Origin: Tubiluchus corallicola
Lineage: Eukaryota > Animalia > Priapulida
Direction: 5' to 3'
Assembly: GCA_030141605.1 (NCBI GenBank)
Contig: JAQGDQ010000550.1
Span: 62,001 to 126,000 of the forward strand
Length of the DNA: 64,000 nt
Below the pieces are notes generated by a model. That model saw nothing but the letters and a program-made list of their open reading frames with translations, did not search any database and was not told the origin of the DNA. Position numbers and translations under genes: made by a program. Below, piece by piece: positions 49,801 through 60,616 of this stretch (position 1 is its first letter; every line of letters begins with the position of its first letter).

Positions 49801-52287
49801 AGCAGAAAATGAACTTGTCACAGAAGTGAAGAAACGAAAACTGGCAGAAATTGAACTAGATGATCACAGTAAGAGGCCAATTTCAAGTGAGGATTGGCGT
49901 GTTTTAATGAAATGTTTGGACCTGACATGTGGTTATAAAGCCACGGAATTCTTGCCGTTGGTACAGCATCTTAGACTTCACTCCACAGTTCTTGGTTTGT
50001 CTGATGAAGAAAACAACCTGCTTGAATCAACTACAAAATATATGCTGTGCAAGCAAATAGATTGTTCATTTGAAACAAAACGGGTAGTCTGTATGATCTG
50101 CCATTCCATAAACCATCTACGATATCTGCAGCAGGAGAAAAAATTTGGGTACTTTTACTGTAGCGATTGTGACTACCTGACGTGGACATTTCCAGAAATG
50201 TTGCAGCAACATGTGCAACTGCAGCACAAGAATGTTAAAAGTGTGTCATTAATTCCAGCTGACCAAAGTGTAAATGACAATGATCAGAATGAGGACATTG
50301 TAGTTATCAGGCAGTACTCTCAAAATGATGTAGAAGCTGCCATTGCTAAACTACTTCCCAAATATTTAGCACAGAACTTTGATTTTCATATACATGATAC
50401 AGCCGAACTTTTGCTACAGTTATTTAACAGTAGACTCTTCACCACATTGCCTGCTCAAAGGCGGGAACCATTGTCTAATCAAACCACCGTGCGTTCTACT
50501 GATTCTCCTACAAGTGCGATTCCTTCAATAAAGAGGTCTCTAAGCTCTGAATCTGAACAGTCTCAGTCTAGCTGTGTGCCAGCATCGTCTATACTGATGC
50601 AGTCATTAATGGGTAAATGTTCTACTACGGCAAAGTCTTTTTCCAAGGGACTTTTAGTTAGGCAGAGCGCAGTGACTACTGATACAGAATCGTCGCCATC
50701 CGTCAGCCCTGATGAGACGCTCCGTATCCAGAAAAATGCAAGTGCATTAAGCAGTCAAAGATCCTTGGATGTCCCACAACCCTGCCAAATTACTTCAACA
50801 GGCAGATCTAATTCTGTTCCACCTTTGCGTTCTTTTCTGGATCATGGTGACAGTGAAGCACGTGAAAGGGCTGTATCACCACCAACATTTCCACAATCAG
50901 TTGATGATCAGGAAGCCAAAATTACTGCATTTTGCTGCATTTGTCACGACAGAAATATTGAACTTTCTGTCTTGGAGCAACACTTAATCAGGCACATGAA
51001 TCCAATAACGCTAACTTGCAATGTATGTATGTATCAAGCAGTCTATCCTAAGATAGCTGAAGAACATGGCAAACTGAAACACCCTCAGCTACCTCTGTCA
51101 TCTCTGTTCAACAGACAAAATTTTTGTGCTTTTGTTGATGACAAATTTGTCATGAGATGTAGTGGTTGCTCGTATGCAACGGTCAATGTGGCCGACTTTG
51201 CCGATCATCTTAATATGTGGGATCGTTTCTCATTCTCATGTGCACGATGCAGCCAACCTTGTCGGTTGTGCAAAAAAGGGACTCATGATCGACGTGGCGG
51301 GTTATCTGCCTGGCATGCTTGGTGGATTGAAGCACATTATGTAGCATATCACGATGAAGTTGAGAGGGGTGACATTGAGCTTGCAGTGGCTTTGAACGAA
51401 AAGTTTGCTGATCAGGGTTGTACAATGCATGCAGCTATCTTAGCCAGTAAGATGAGAAATCCAAAAGCAGTATCACTCGTTGACACTCGTGCGGCAGAAA
51501 ATTTTTATGCCAGAGGAGATTTTATGCCGGAACATACTAGACTTGGCCAGTTTGCACCCATATCTTCTTTTAGCGGAAGCACCACTGATGATGACCATGA
51601 TGATATTGTTGAAAAACACGATAGTCCTTCTCAGAAACGAAAAACCCTGGAATACATATCAAAACAGTTATCAAACAGGCAGAAATCAATGGGTTTTGAA
51701 TTTACAAGTGACAGAAATGTCTCTCCTGTAATTACCCATACTGAACCTTCAGGTCATACAATTTCTGGAGCAGACTCAAAAAAGACAACTCTGGACCTGT
51801 CAAAACCGCCTCCTTTGCAGATTATTGGCACCCAAGAAAAGCCTGGTCAGCAGTTGGCTGCAGCAAAACGCCTTAATTTTGTCCGTGCCTTTAGCTATGA
51901 TGAAACACTTGCAGTCCGTTACATCAGTTCATCTGCGGACCTGGATCAACAAGATGGCAAAAACCCCAAAGTCAAAAGATCTCGAGCTTGCTTGATGAGG
52001 TCCGATTCCGAGAGCAAAGCCACATCATCGCGATCGCGCAACCTGCACCCCATCGAGATCACTTGCACTCTTTGTGAAGGGAAGGTGATCGTGGAGAGTA
52101 GTCTGAGCCGGCATGTAAAACAACATGCTGTGAATATTCCGTTCACTTGTAGCGTCTGCACTTACATGGCTGTGTCTGGTGTACAACTAGAGGAGCATCG
52201 ACTTGTTCAGCATCCCAATTTGGACCTATCAGATATTGGTTATATACCCAAGAAAGATGAAGAGGGCCTCGACAACTTACCATACAG
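46880..52287 (+). CDS. Large multi-C2H2 zinc finger protein, main coding exon
   Basis: Uninterrupted 5.4-kb frame with about 22 C-x(2-5)-C-x12-H-x(3-4)-H fingers and basic NLS-like repeats. Acceptor TTTCAG| at 46855 precedes the ATG; donor CAG|GTATTA at 52287, phase 2. Confidence 0.92.
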
Positions 52288-52626
52288 GTATTATATTGTT
52301 CTCTTTGGGGTTCTAAAAAGTAAATTGTGCTACATTAATTTTCCAGCCAGGTAAAAAAGATTACTGACTCACCCGATCTCTTTATTTATGTAGTGTGTAA
52401 ATTTGTAGTATTAAGAAGTAAAACGAAAAGTGCTTATGCAACATAGCATGAAGTTAAAAATCATTGTTATTTGGTGTTTTTATATTTCCTGCTGCCTCTA
52501 AGAGTCTTCAAATCCTTTTATTACCATTTAATGCCTTGTTGTAGAAATAACGAATCTTCAGTATGCCCGTTTTTTCTCTTAGCAGCTTAAACACTAATAA
52601 ATTATTTTCTTATTACTGTTTTGCAG

Positions 52627-53038
52627 GTGTAATTGGTGTCCATTTGCATGTAACACTAGTAACCGACTGACTCGCCATATATGGAACCACATTCGGTTTG
52701 AGTGTTCCGAATGCCATCTAGAGTCAGACAACCTTCAAACTATAAAAAGTCATCATCAAGTGGTGCATTCAACATTAAAGGCTACCTCGATAATCATGCA
52801 TAAAGTTGACTGCTTGCCGGAAGATGTTACTGAATCGAGTATGGAAGATCTCAAGCAGCGATATCGTCCCAGGAAGCGGGTCACCTGGTCCTCTGTAGTG
52901 GGTAATAATCCAAATAACGAGGCAGCAATGCCCACTGAAACCACAAAGAAAGCTCTGAAACAACGCATATCAAGTGGCGGAAGCTTCGACGAAAGTTTGC
53001 CTCCTGTTTCCGAATCTATTGCAGATGAAAGAAAGTAG
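52627..53038 (+). CDS. Large multi-C2H2 zinc finger protein, terminal exon
   Basis: TTTTGCAG| joins in phase to give YRCNWCPFACNTSNRLTRHIWNH and FECSECHLESDNLQTIKSHHQVVH (2 more fingers), RKRVTW and stop TAG. Spliced product is 1939 aa. Confidence 0.88.
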
Positions 53039-53098
53039 TGCGGAAATTACCTCTGAGTTCTAACATTCCGCAGCAAAGTTGAGCAAACTCCCTGAGTC

Positions 53099-53262
53099 AC
53101 AGATTTTTTTGTGGTTCTAATTAACCGACTGGCCTGACTTTGCTCGTATTTAATAGCTGCCCACTGTGATTAAGATGACAACAGATTTTTTTGTGGTTCT
53201 AATTAACCGACTGGCCTGACTTTGCTCGTATTTAATAGCTGCCCACTGTGATTAAGATGACA
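53099..53262 (+). repeat. 82-bp exact tandem duplication in the presumed ZNF 3' UTR
   Basis: ACAGATTTTTTTGTGG...TAAGATGACA at 53099-53180 and 53181-53262. Confidence 0.95.
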
Positions 53263-53869
53263 ACCAGTAGTTCTTTTATGGCTCCTAAGATGTTCTGTTA
53301 AGGCTATGGCTCGGATATTTTCTTTTCAATTATGGGTGTCAAAGATGGCGAGCTTCAATCGTCCACATCCGTCCTAACAGAAGACCAGTTAATCTTTGGA
53401 AGCAGTATGCGTGAATGGCCTTAGTGTTGCTGTGCAGAAACCTGAACGCACAAACAAAACAGAACTGTTATATTTGCTGCAAATGTAATGCAAGTTTGCA
53501 AGATATTTGCAGTTTTGCATATATTTGACATTTAATGGATTTAACATGATTTAAAAGATCACACTCCATAGCCTGGCTTTTTTATGAGATTCATAAATTT
53601 AGATGCTTTTTCGTGACTTGCACTAAGCCTGCCGACTTCTGTTTATTTTTCATATACAGAGTGTGTATGATACTTATAATATTTATTAATATAATTCCAA
53701 TGACTGCAGTTCTATGGTAACTGTTGTCTGCATTCATGATTTACTGAAAATCTTCTAATCTGACACTGAATGAGAACATCAATTTTTCATTTTTGCTTAT
53801 AACATAGTTTCCAAAGAAAAACAGTATAGTTACTATACAGTTGATGTATACATGTATAAGTCAATTACA

Positions 53870-54210
53870 CATTTATTTTACAAAACTTTGTATAATCAAT
53901 TTCTTTGTAAATAGAACATTTGTATATACACTTTCTTATATATTTTTAAGCTACTATTGTAAGGGCTTAGTATCATTTCAGAACAATCATGCATTTATTT
54001 TACAAAACTTTGTATAAAAAATTGTGTATAGTACATTATACCCATTATTATATATTTGTAAACTTACTGTAAGGGCTTAGTATTAGTTCAACTATACATT
54101 TATTCTGCAAAACCTTGTATAATGAATTTATTAGTGTACAGAATATTTTGTAAATACACTGTAGCATAAATTATTAAACTATTGTAAACTTAATATCATT
54201 CTAAGAAATC
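53870..54210 (+). repeat. Three diverged ~110-120-bp tandem units
   Basis: CATTTATT(T)TACAAAACTTTGTATA...TGTAAGGGCTTAGTAT recurring at ~53870, ~53991 and ~54096. Confidence 0.75.
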
Positions 54211-55269
54211 TTCACCGTATTTTTTGTAATGAATTGTATTTGGTACATTTTTTATCCAAATTTTCAAGAAATAAGTATAAAGTATGTGTTTCTGTATATA
54301 CATTAGTTTGGCAAATTTATATTAGATATCAAGAATTATTGCTAGTTCTATAACATGCATTGTATGTGTGTTTTTTTTGCTTATTATTTTGCATATAAAA
54401 AACACAACATTTTGCAAAATATACTTTTTTATTTTCAAATGATTAAGCCAAACAGTACATGGTTAAAAGTGCCAGCACTACGTTAGTGCATTCTATATAT
54501 CGTGGCATGTTACTGAGAAATATTGTTGTATCAATTTATCTTTGAAGTTCATAGAAGTTTTAGTTGTTAAACAGTCCATTTGACATTCACTGTGAATGTG
54601 CAACACTTCATTATTAGATGACTCTCCATGAAATTCTTATTTACTATAAAACTCCCTGGAGTGCGATGTTTCAATTTACAAGCAAATCACCTAGTTTAAG
54701 TCAGAAATCAGACTTTTATTAATAAAATAATAGCATGCCTGAACCAATGTCACACTTTTCACATGTAATAGTGTGTAATAGCACTTGAAGTTACTATTAT
54801 ATTTTACAAGCTTGTATTGCACACACATACATACAGTCTTAAAAATTGCCAATTGGTTAAATTGTCACTGTGTTCATATTCAAACAAACAAGAGAAATTC
54901 TTGATAACATTTCATTTTTTGCTCACATGTTTAATGTACACAAAGCTCATCCATATGAATGATTCAGAAAAGCCAAAGTGCCAGTAAAAACATCTGAAGA
55001 GTATTTGTCAATAATTCACAAGGAGTACTTCAACTGTTTCAAAAAATTAAATTTTTGAATTGATTAACAGGGAAAATTACAAATCCTTATAGCATTCACA
55101 ATACAGCCAGGCTTAATTCTTAACTTAAATTTCATTTTTTACGAATTTTTGTACATGATTTGCTTAATAATAGACTTCTCCTGCCAGTGATAACTTAGAT
55201 GTATAACTGATAGAATAATCATACATTTTCATGATTGAAATTGGAGAAACAGCAAAAAACTAGTTAGTG

Positions 55270-55475
55270 CAGTCAAACCTCGTTATAGCGCCCCTTTTTA
55301 TAATGCCAACCTCGCTTATTGTCCATATTTTTAGCAAATAAAAAAATCTATATTCGCATAGACATGTATGACACAACAGTATTTACATGTATTAATGCAA
55401 CTTACAATCCCAAACTCGCTATAATGCCAACTTTTTTTGCAGTCCCAAAGTAGATGGTATAAAGAGGTTTGACTG
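55270..55475. mobile_element. 206-bp Tc1/mariner (pogo/Tigger-like) MITE
   Basis: 18-bp TIRs CAGTCAAACCTCGTTATA / TATAAAGAGGTTTGACTG (1 mismatch) with internal subrepeats CTCGCTATAATGCCAAC; the TA target site is decayed. Confidence 0.75.
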
Positions 55476-56144
55476 TTTTACAAGTATGTGTCTGAATACT
55501 TACTATAATGTTATCATACCATACCAAAGGTATAACACACCAATGCTACAGAACTATAATAAAAACTTGTCAAATAACTGAGTATTGAAAAGAGAAATTC
55601 ATAATGGTAAGAGACATCTATAACACGGTAAGTGCTCCAGTTAAAAACGCGTGACACAACGAAAACAACACAAAATGTTAAAAACAAGGTGTCATATCAG
55701 TGACATTATAACTATATTACCACACACTGTATACTAAAGTTTTTAGCACACATACACATTCTTAAACTCTCGCAATTTCACAGAACAAAATCACGCAACT
55801 CAATTATATAGCGTAATCGTACAAACATTACTTTATCACTTCTCACGCGAAGTGCTTTTGATAACAGTTTTTACAAAGATATTTCTATAAAATTATAATA
55901 AATAACTATCACACAGAATTCATGCATTCTGATGCAATGGGCTTTCTACACGACTATAATTTTTCACTTCTGTACACAAACTCACAGATGTGTCATCTGT
56001 AACACACCTATTCACGCAGTCACAATGCCATCTCAAGTGCAAACCACCTGTATCGAATAAAGAGAAATCACCATTTCTGAAATGTGAACGCTTCGTGCAT
56101 TGAAGAGTGCGGTTACAACCTTTACACAATACTTCAGCCAAACA

Positions 56145-56209
56145 CTATTGCAACTTCGAGTACGGCATAGGTAGCAAGATTCTTGAAACAACAGACCTCA
56201 TGAGCGGTA
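56145..56209 (-). CDS. Nipsnap: NipSnap homolog, last coding exon
   Basis: TTTTAG| (I)PLMRSVVSRILLPMPYSKLQ-TAG; resembles the NIPSNAP1 C-terminus [21 protein letters not shown]. Confidence 0.9.
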
Positions 56210-56521
56210 CTAAAAGTAAAACAATTGCCAGAACATTAGGTGTGCCTAAAAGATAATGAATAAGTAAAATGCAAATCTTTAGAAGAACAGAATGCTCCTT
56301 CTGCACTTTTACGCAATTTTACGTTTTCTAAAGAGAAATTTAGTAATGGTTGGAAGAAATCCTCAGGGCAAGATACAATGAAACAGGAAATGCAATAAAC
56401 ACCAATGTAATGATACGTTTACAGCAGGTAAAAACAAGAACGAAAAACGGAAATTTAAATGAAGCCACAATGAAAACAGCAAGTAATTTACAATGGTACA
56501 AATCCAAAATTAAATTATGTA

Positions 56522-56680
56522 GGGGAACGTGGAGCCTACTGGTCCAAGGAATCTGCCTTGCAAACAAAAGGTCCCTGGTTCAAATCCAGGCTGCATCACA
56601 ACTTTTTCAAGTTTGTTATCAAAATTTAATTGTGGGCTTTGCCATCATAATAATAATGACATTAAGATTATAATAATTAA
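56522..56680 (+). mobile_element. tRNA-derived SINE-like element, copy 2 (in a NipSnap intron)
   Basis: tRNA-like head with B-box GGTTCAAATCC (56577-56587), followed by TTTTTCAAGTTTGTTATCAAAATTTAATT shared with copy 1. Confidence 0.6.
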
Positions 56681-57007
56681 GTGAGTAATTTATTCACTGT
56701 CAAAAAACACAATCCTTCCAGAATATAACAGTGAGATAAAAGGGAATTCTGAGAATAATGCACAAAATGTTACAAAAGCCACTGCAGAATAATGGCACCA
56801 AGTTATGAAAATGACTCGCAAAAGAATATATGACAACGAATGATGTCATACAGCTGGTCTGTGTCAAATCAAACAGAAATATTTACTTGACTTGCTGTAA
56901 TCCACACCCTGAAATCAGATATAGTGCATCTGTAATACGATAAATGACAGTACCAAAAAAGCATGCAGTTCATTAATGTAAAAATTTACTGTCAGAATTT
57001 TTCATAC

Positions 57008-57091
57008 TTGTATGTTGTACGCATTTGTCCCATCCGGGTTTCTGCCAGGCTGCCTCGCGTGTGTGTTTTCTGGACTCCATATCATCATAAG
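57008..57091 (-). CDS. Nipsnap: NipSnap homolog, coding exon
   Basis: (A)YDDMESRKHTREAAWQKPGWDKCVQHT; AG/GT boundaries, phase 1-1. Confidence 0.92.
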
Positions 57092-57151
57092 CTGCAACAA
57101 AAAAATAGAAATGCATTATTACACTTATTTTTCAAAGGTTAGTATTCAAAT

Positions 57152-59129
57152 TTAGTTTTCAAATTGCATAGTAATGATGACATAAACTTTTAAACAATTT
57201 AGTTAAGTTCGATAAATTTAAAAATGAAAACAAATTAATGTGTTTGGCCTCATATTCAAAAGGTTACTAGCTCAAACTCAATCTCAATGACAATTTTTTC
57301 ATACTTAAATACTTTTCATTCGTTTGATATATAAATACCTGTGAGTTTGTACATTCTACAGAATCTACACATCATAACATCATTAATAAAAGATTAATTT
57401 CGTAACTTCAAATAATTGAAACATTGTATAAACTGGTATTACTAATAATGATAAAACCAAAGACACACAACTTGTTTTCATCAAAATTTTAATTTTTTTA
57501 AAATGTGCTCTTAGAAGTATTAGTTCACAGTTTCTCCTTTAGTAATTGTAATTTGTTTGTAATTATATATATATCGGCAATTAACGATTTTTAAGTGAAC
57601 TCTAACTATCTAACACACCCTAGTTATGATAATAAACTTTATGCAAGACCAATAAAAGCATATTTGCACTGACAAAAGGATTTATACTTCTACACACATG
57701 TAAGAGGGGCAAAGTTTTTTGTTAGAAATTCGCTTAGAAGTCGTGATTGATTACTGCTAAGCCCTCACTGAATACTCTTACAATTGTCAAAGCAAAAATA
57801 ATGCCGAAAATATTTTGCAGGACTTTATCCGTTTCTTTAAGTATGTATGTGAGAAAAAATGATAATAATAGTAATAACAAACAGACTGTTTACAGTATAT
57901 TAAATAGAGATATCAACTTATGACTACAATCACTTCCGGTGAATTGGACGCAAGTCGGACCCGTGTATTCAATGTTTATTCCAGCGGTGCGGCCCTACAT
58001 GCAAGACGTTGTGAATGTACATGATCTAAGTATGGAGGTGCTTACGATGAATTTATCGAAACAGAGAGTGATTTAAAGTTTATTTGTTTAAAAAAAATAG
58101 AAGAAAATATGAGTTATACTTGGTATGCATAATTAATTAATTAGTTTTCAAATTGCATAGTAATGATGACATAAACTTTTAAACAATTTAGTTAAGTTCG
58201 ATAAATTTAAAAATGAAAACAAATTAATGTGTTTGGCCTCATATTCAAAAGGTTACTAGCTCAAACTCAATCTCAATGACAATTTTTTCATACTTAAATA
58301 CTTTTCATTCGTTTGATATATAAATACCTGTGAGTTTGTACATTCTACAGAATCTACACATCATAACATCATTAATAAAAGATTAATTTCGTAACTTCAA
58401 ATAATTGAAACATTGTATAAACTGGTATTACTAATAATGATAAAACCAAAGACACACAACTTGTTTTCATCAAAATTTTAATTTTTTTAAAATGTGCTCT
58501 TAGAAGTATTAGTTCACAGTTTCTCCTTTAGTAATTGTAATTTGTTTGTAATTATATATATATCGGCAATTAACGATTTTTAAGTGAACTCTAACTATCT
58601 AACACACCCTAGTTATGATAATAAACTTTATGCAAGACCAATAAAAGCATATTTGCACTGACAAAAGGATTTATACTTCTACACACATGTAAGAGGGGCA
58701 AAGTTTTTTGTTAGAAATTCGCTTAGAAGTCGTGATTGATTACTGCTAAGCCCTCACTGAATACTCTTACAATTGTCAAAGCAAAAATAATGCCGAAAAT
58801 ATTTTGCAGGACTTTATCCGTTTCTTTAAGTATGTATGTGAGAAAAAATGATAATAATAGTAATAACAAACAGACTGTTTACAGTATATTAAATAGAGAT
58901 ATCAACTTATGACTACAATCACTTCCGGTGAATTGGACGCAAGTCGGACCCGTGTATTCAATGTTTATTCCAGCGGTGCGGCCCTACATGCAAGACGTTG
59001 TGAATGTACATGATCTAAGTATGGAGGTGCTTACGATGAATTTATCGAAACAGAGAGTGATTTAAAGTTTATTTGTTTAAAAAAAATAGAAGAAAATATG
59101 AGTTATACTTGGTATGCATAATTAATTAA
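57152..59129 (+). repeat. 989-bp tandem duplication within a NipSnap intron
   Basis: 57152-58140 and 58141-59129 appear identical by eye; the junction lies in a TAAT run. Confidence 0.95.
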
Positions 59130-59263
59130 TTAATTAAGTTGTGGTCGGGTCAGTCCTAAGTCGCATAGGTAATAATTCGACACCAAATGTACTTGTGACA
59201 TGACTCTTCCTGCTTAAAAAACAGTTAGTGCATAGCTTAAAGTTGTAAATTTGTTCTACTTAC

Positions 59264-59390
59264 CCCATAGATGATGAACATTATGAATAAGACCAACATT
59301 GGAGAAAAACCCAGCTACAGGTTCATTGTTTGCTTGTCTGTGCTTGAGACCTTTTGCCCAATTCTGTCCCCATTCTATCATGGTACCTGG
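59264..59390 (-). CDS. Nipsnap: NipSnap homolog, coding exon
   Basis: [42 protein letters not shown], the hallmark NIPSNAP segment PGTMIEWG...VHHLW. Confidence 0.95.
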
Positions 59391-60404
59391 CTGAAAATAA
59401 TTAAAAGTTTTTGTAAAACTTCCAGGCAAAATCTAGAGTTAAGTCGAGGGCGATAAAAATATGAAAGTTTAATTTATTATCACGAAAGCTCAGTGAGTTC
59501 TCTTCCTTAACCATGACGCAAAAATAAAATTACCATAAAACAACAGCACATTTATGGCCAGAATTTCGTTATAATTTGCCACATTCTCGCTGTGACTTTT
59601 TACGAGAATTCAGAGAATCAAGGTATAAATTTCATGACAAAGTACGATGAATGCTAATTATACCAACAGTGAAGACTGATTTTTTTTAGCTGAAGTGATT
59701 TACTAACAAAATTAATCACTATTAGTACTAACATTTTTTCAGAATGAGACTAACATTTCCTGATTCAGTTTTCCAGCCATTTCAAATTTTGTTGATTCTT
59801 CTCATTGTCAGTGAACCACAGTTATCATCTCCTTTATCAAGAAATCTACCACAAGCATTTAAATCAAGAATTGCTTTATATTCACGCATCATGAAAAATT
59901 TTATTGATAACTTGATTAATCAGCTGTTTCCAAGTTATTTGCCTGGAGTTTGCGTACTTGTTGGCTTGGCAATGAGCATAGAACCCTATGACATTTACGT
60001 GCAGTGTAGTGCACCAAAGACATTTGGGTACTAACTAAGTAAACCTGCAAGCTTAACATGGTAGCTAGCATAAGACAAAGAACGAAAAAGTCATATTTGT
60101 GGCAGTATTTTTTTAACATTCAAGCAAAACCTGTGCAAATCTAACTAGATTTGTTGTAAGTAATGGGCATTGGTGTGAATATGTAGGCAAATGGATTCGC
60201 ATCAAAATTCTGGCCCTGACATTTTCAGCAAAAATAGTAGTCTGGTATCACATGTTAAATATGTAAAAGTCAAATTTAGGATGAACGCTCTGAAAAACTG
60301 TGAATTAACCAAAATTTGAATCTAGATATTTGATATCATTATGGTATCCAGGCATGTTTATGCACTGACATAAACATTTATCTCATACTTAAAATTGTAC
60401 TTAC

Positions 60405-60616
60405 CTTCAAATGATAGCTTCTTAGTTCATAGATGTGTTTAGGTGCTCTGGGTTGTAATCGCGGCCAAAATGCAAACTCCAGCAAAAGTTGATTCTGACG
60501 TGAGCGTAACATGGACCGTAAATCTGCCTGAATCCTTGTGTAGTCCGGATCTGCTCTGACTAGTCTGTGAGAGTCTGTTACACCTTTGTAACCCTTGGGG
60601 TACATCCATAGATGAA
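60405..60616 (-). CDS. Nipsnap: NipSnap homolog, coding exon
   Basis: (V)HLWMYPKGY...MLRSRQNQLLLEFAFWPRLQPRAPKHIYELRSYHLK; donor AAG|GTAAGT. Confidence 0.95.

Noticed and set aside
52288-52354. End of the 1824-aa ORF (YYIVLFGVLKSK...) as the true C-terminus
   Set aside because: Read-through into an intron; splicing 52287 to 52627 restores a complete zinc finger.
56522-56595. Functional tRNA gene (also 5908-5980)
   Set aside because: Acceptor and D stems do not pair well, and both copies continue into a shared non-tRNA body, so a SINE is the better explanation.
59916-60119. LVHYTARKCHRVLCS, faintly like a copia RNase H motif
   Set aside because: Only a few residues match and no flanking RT or RNase H motifs were found.
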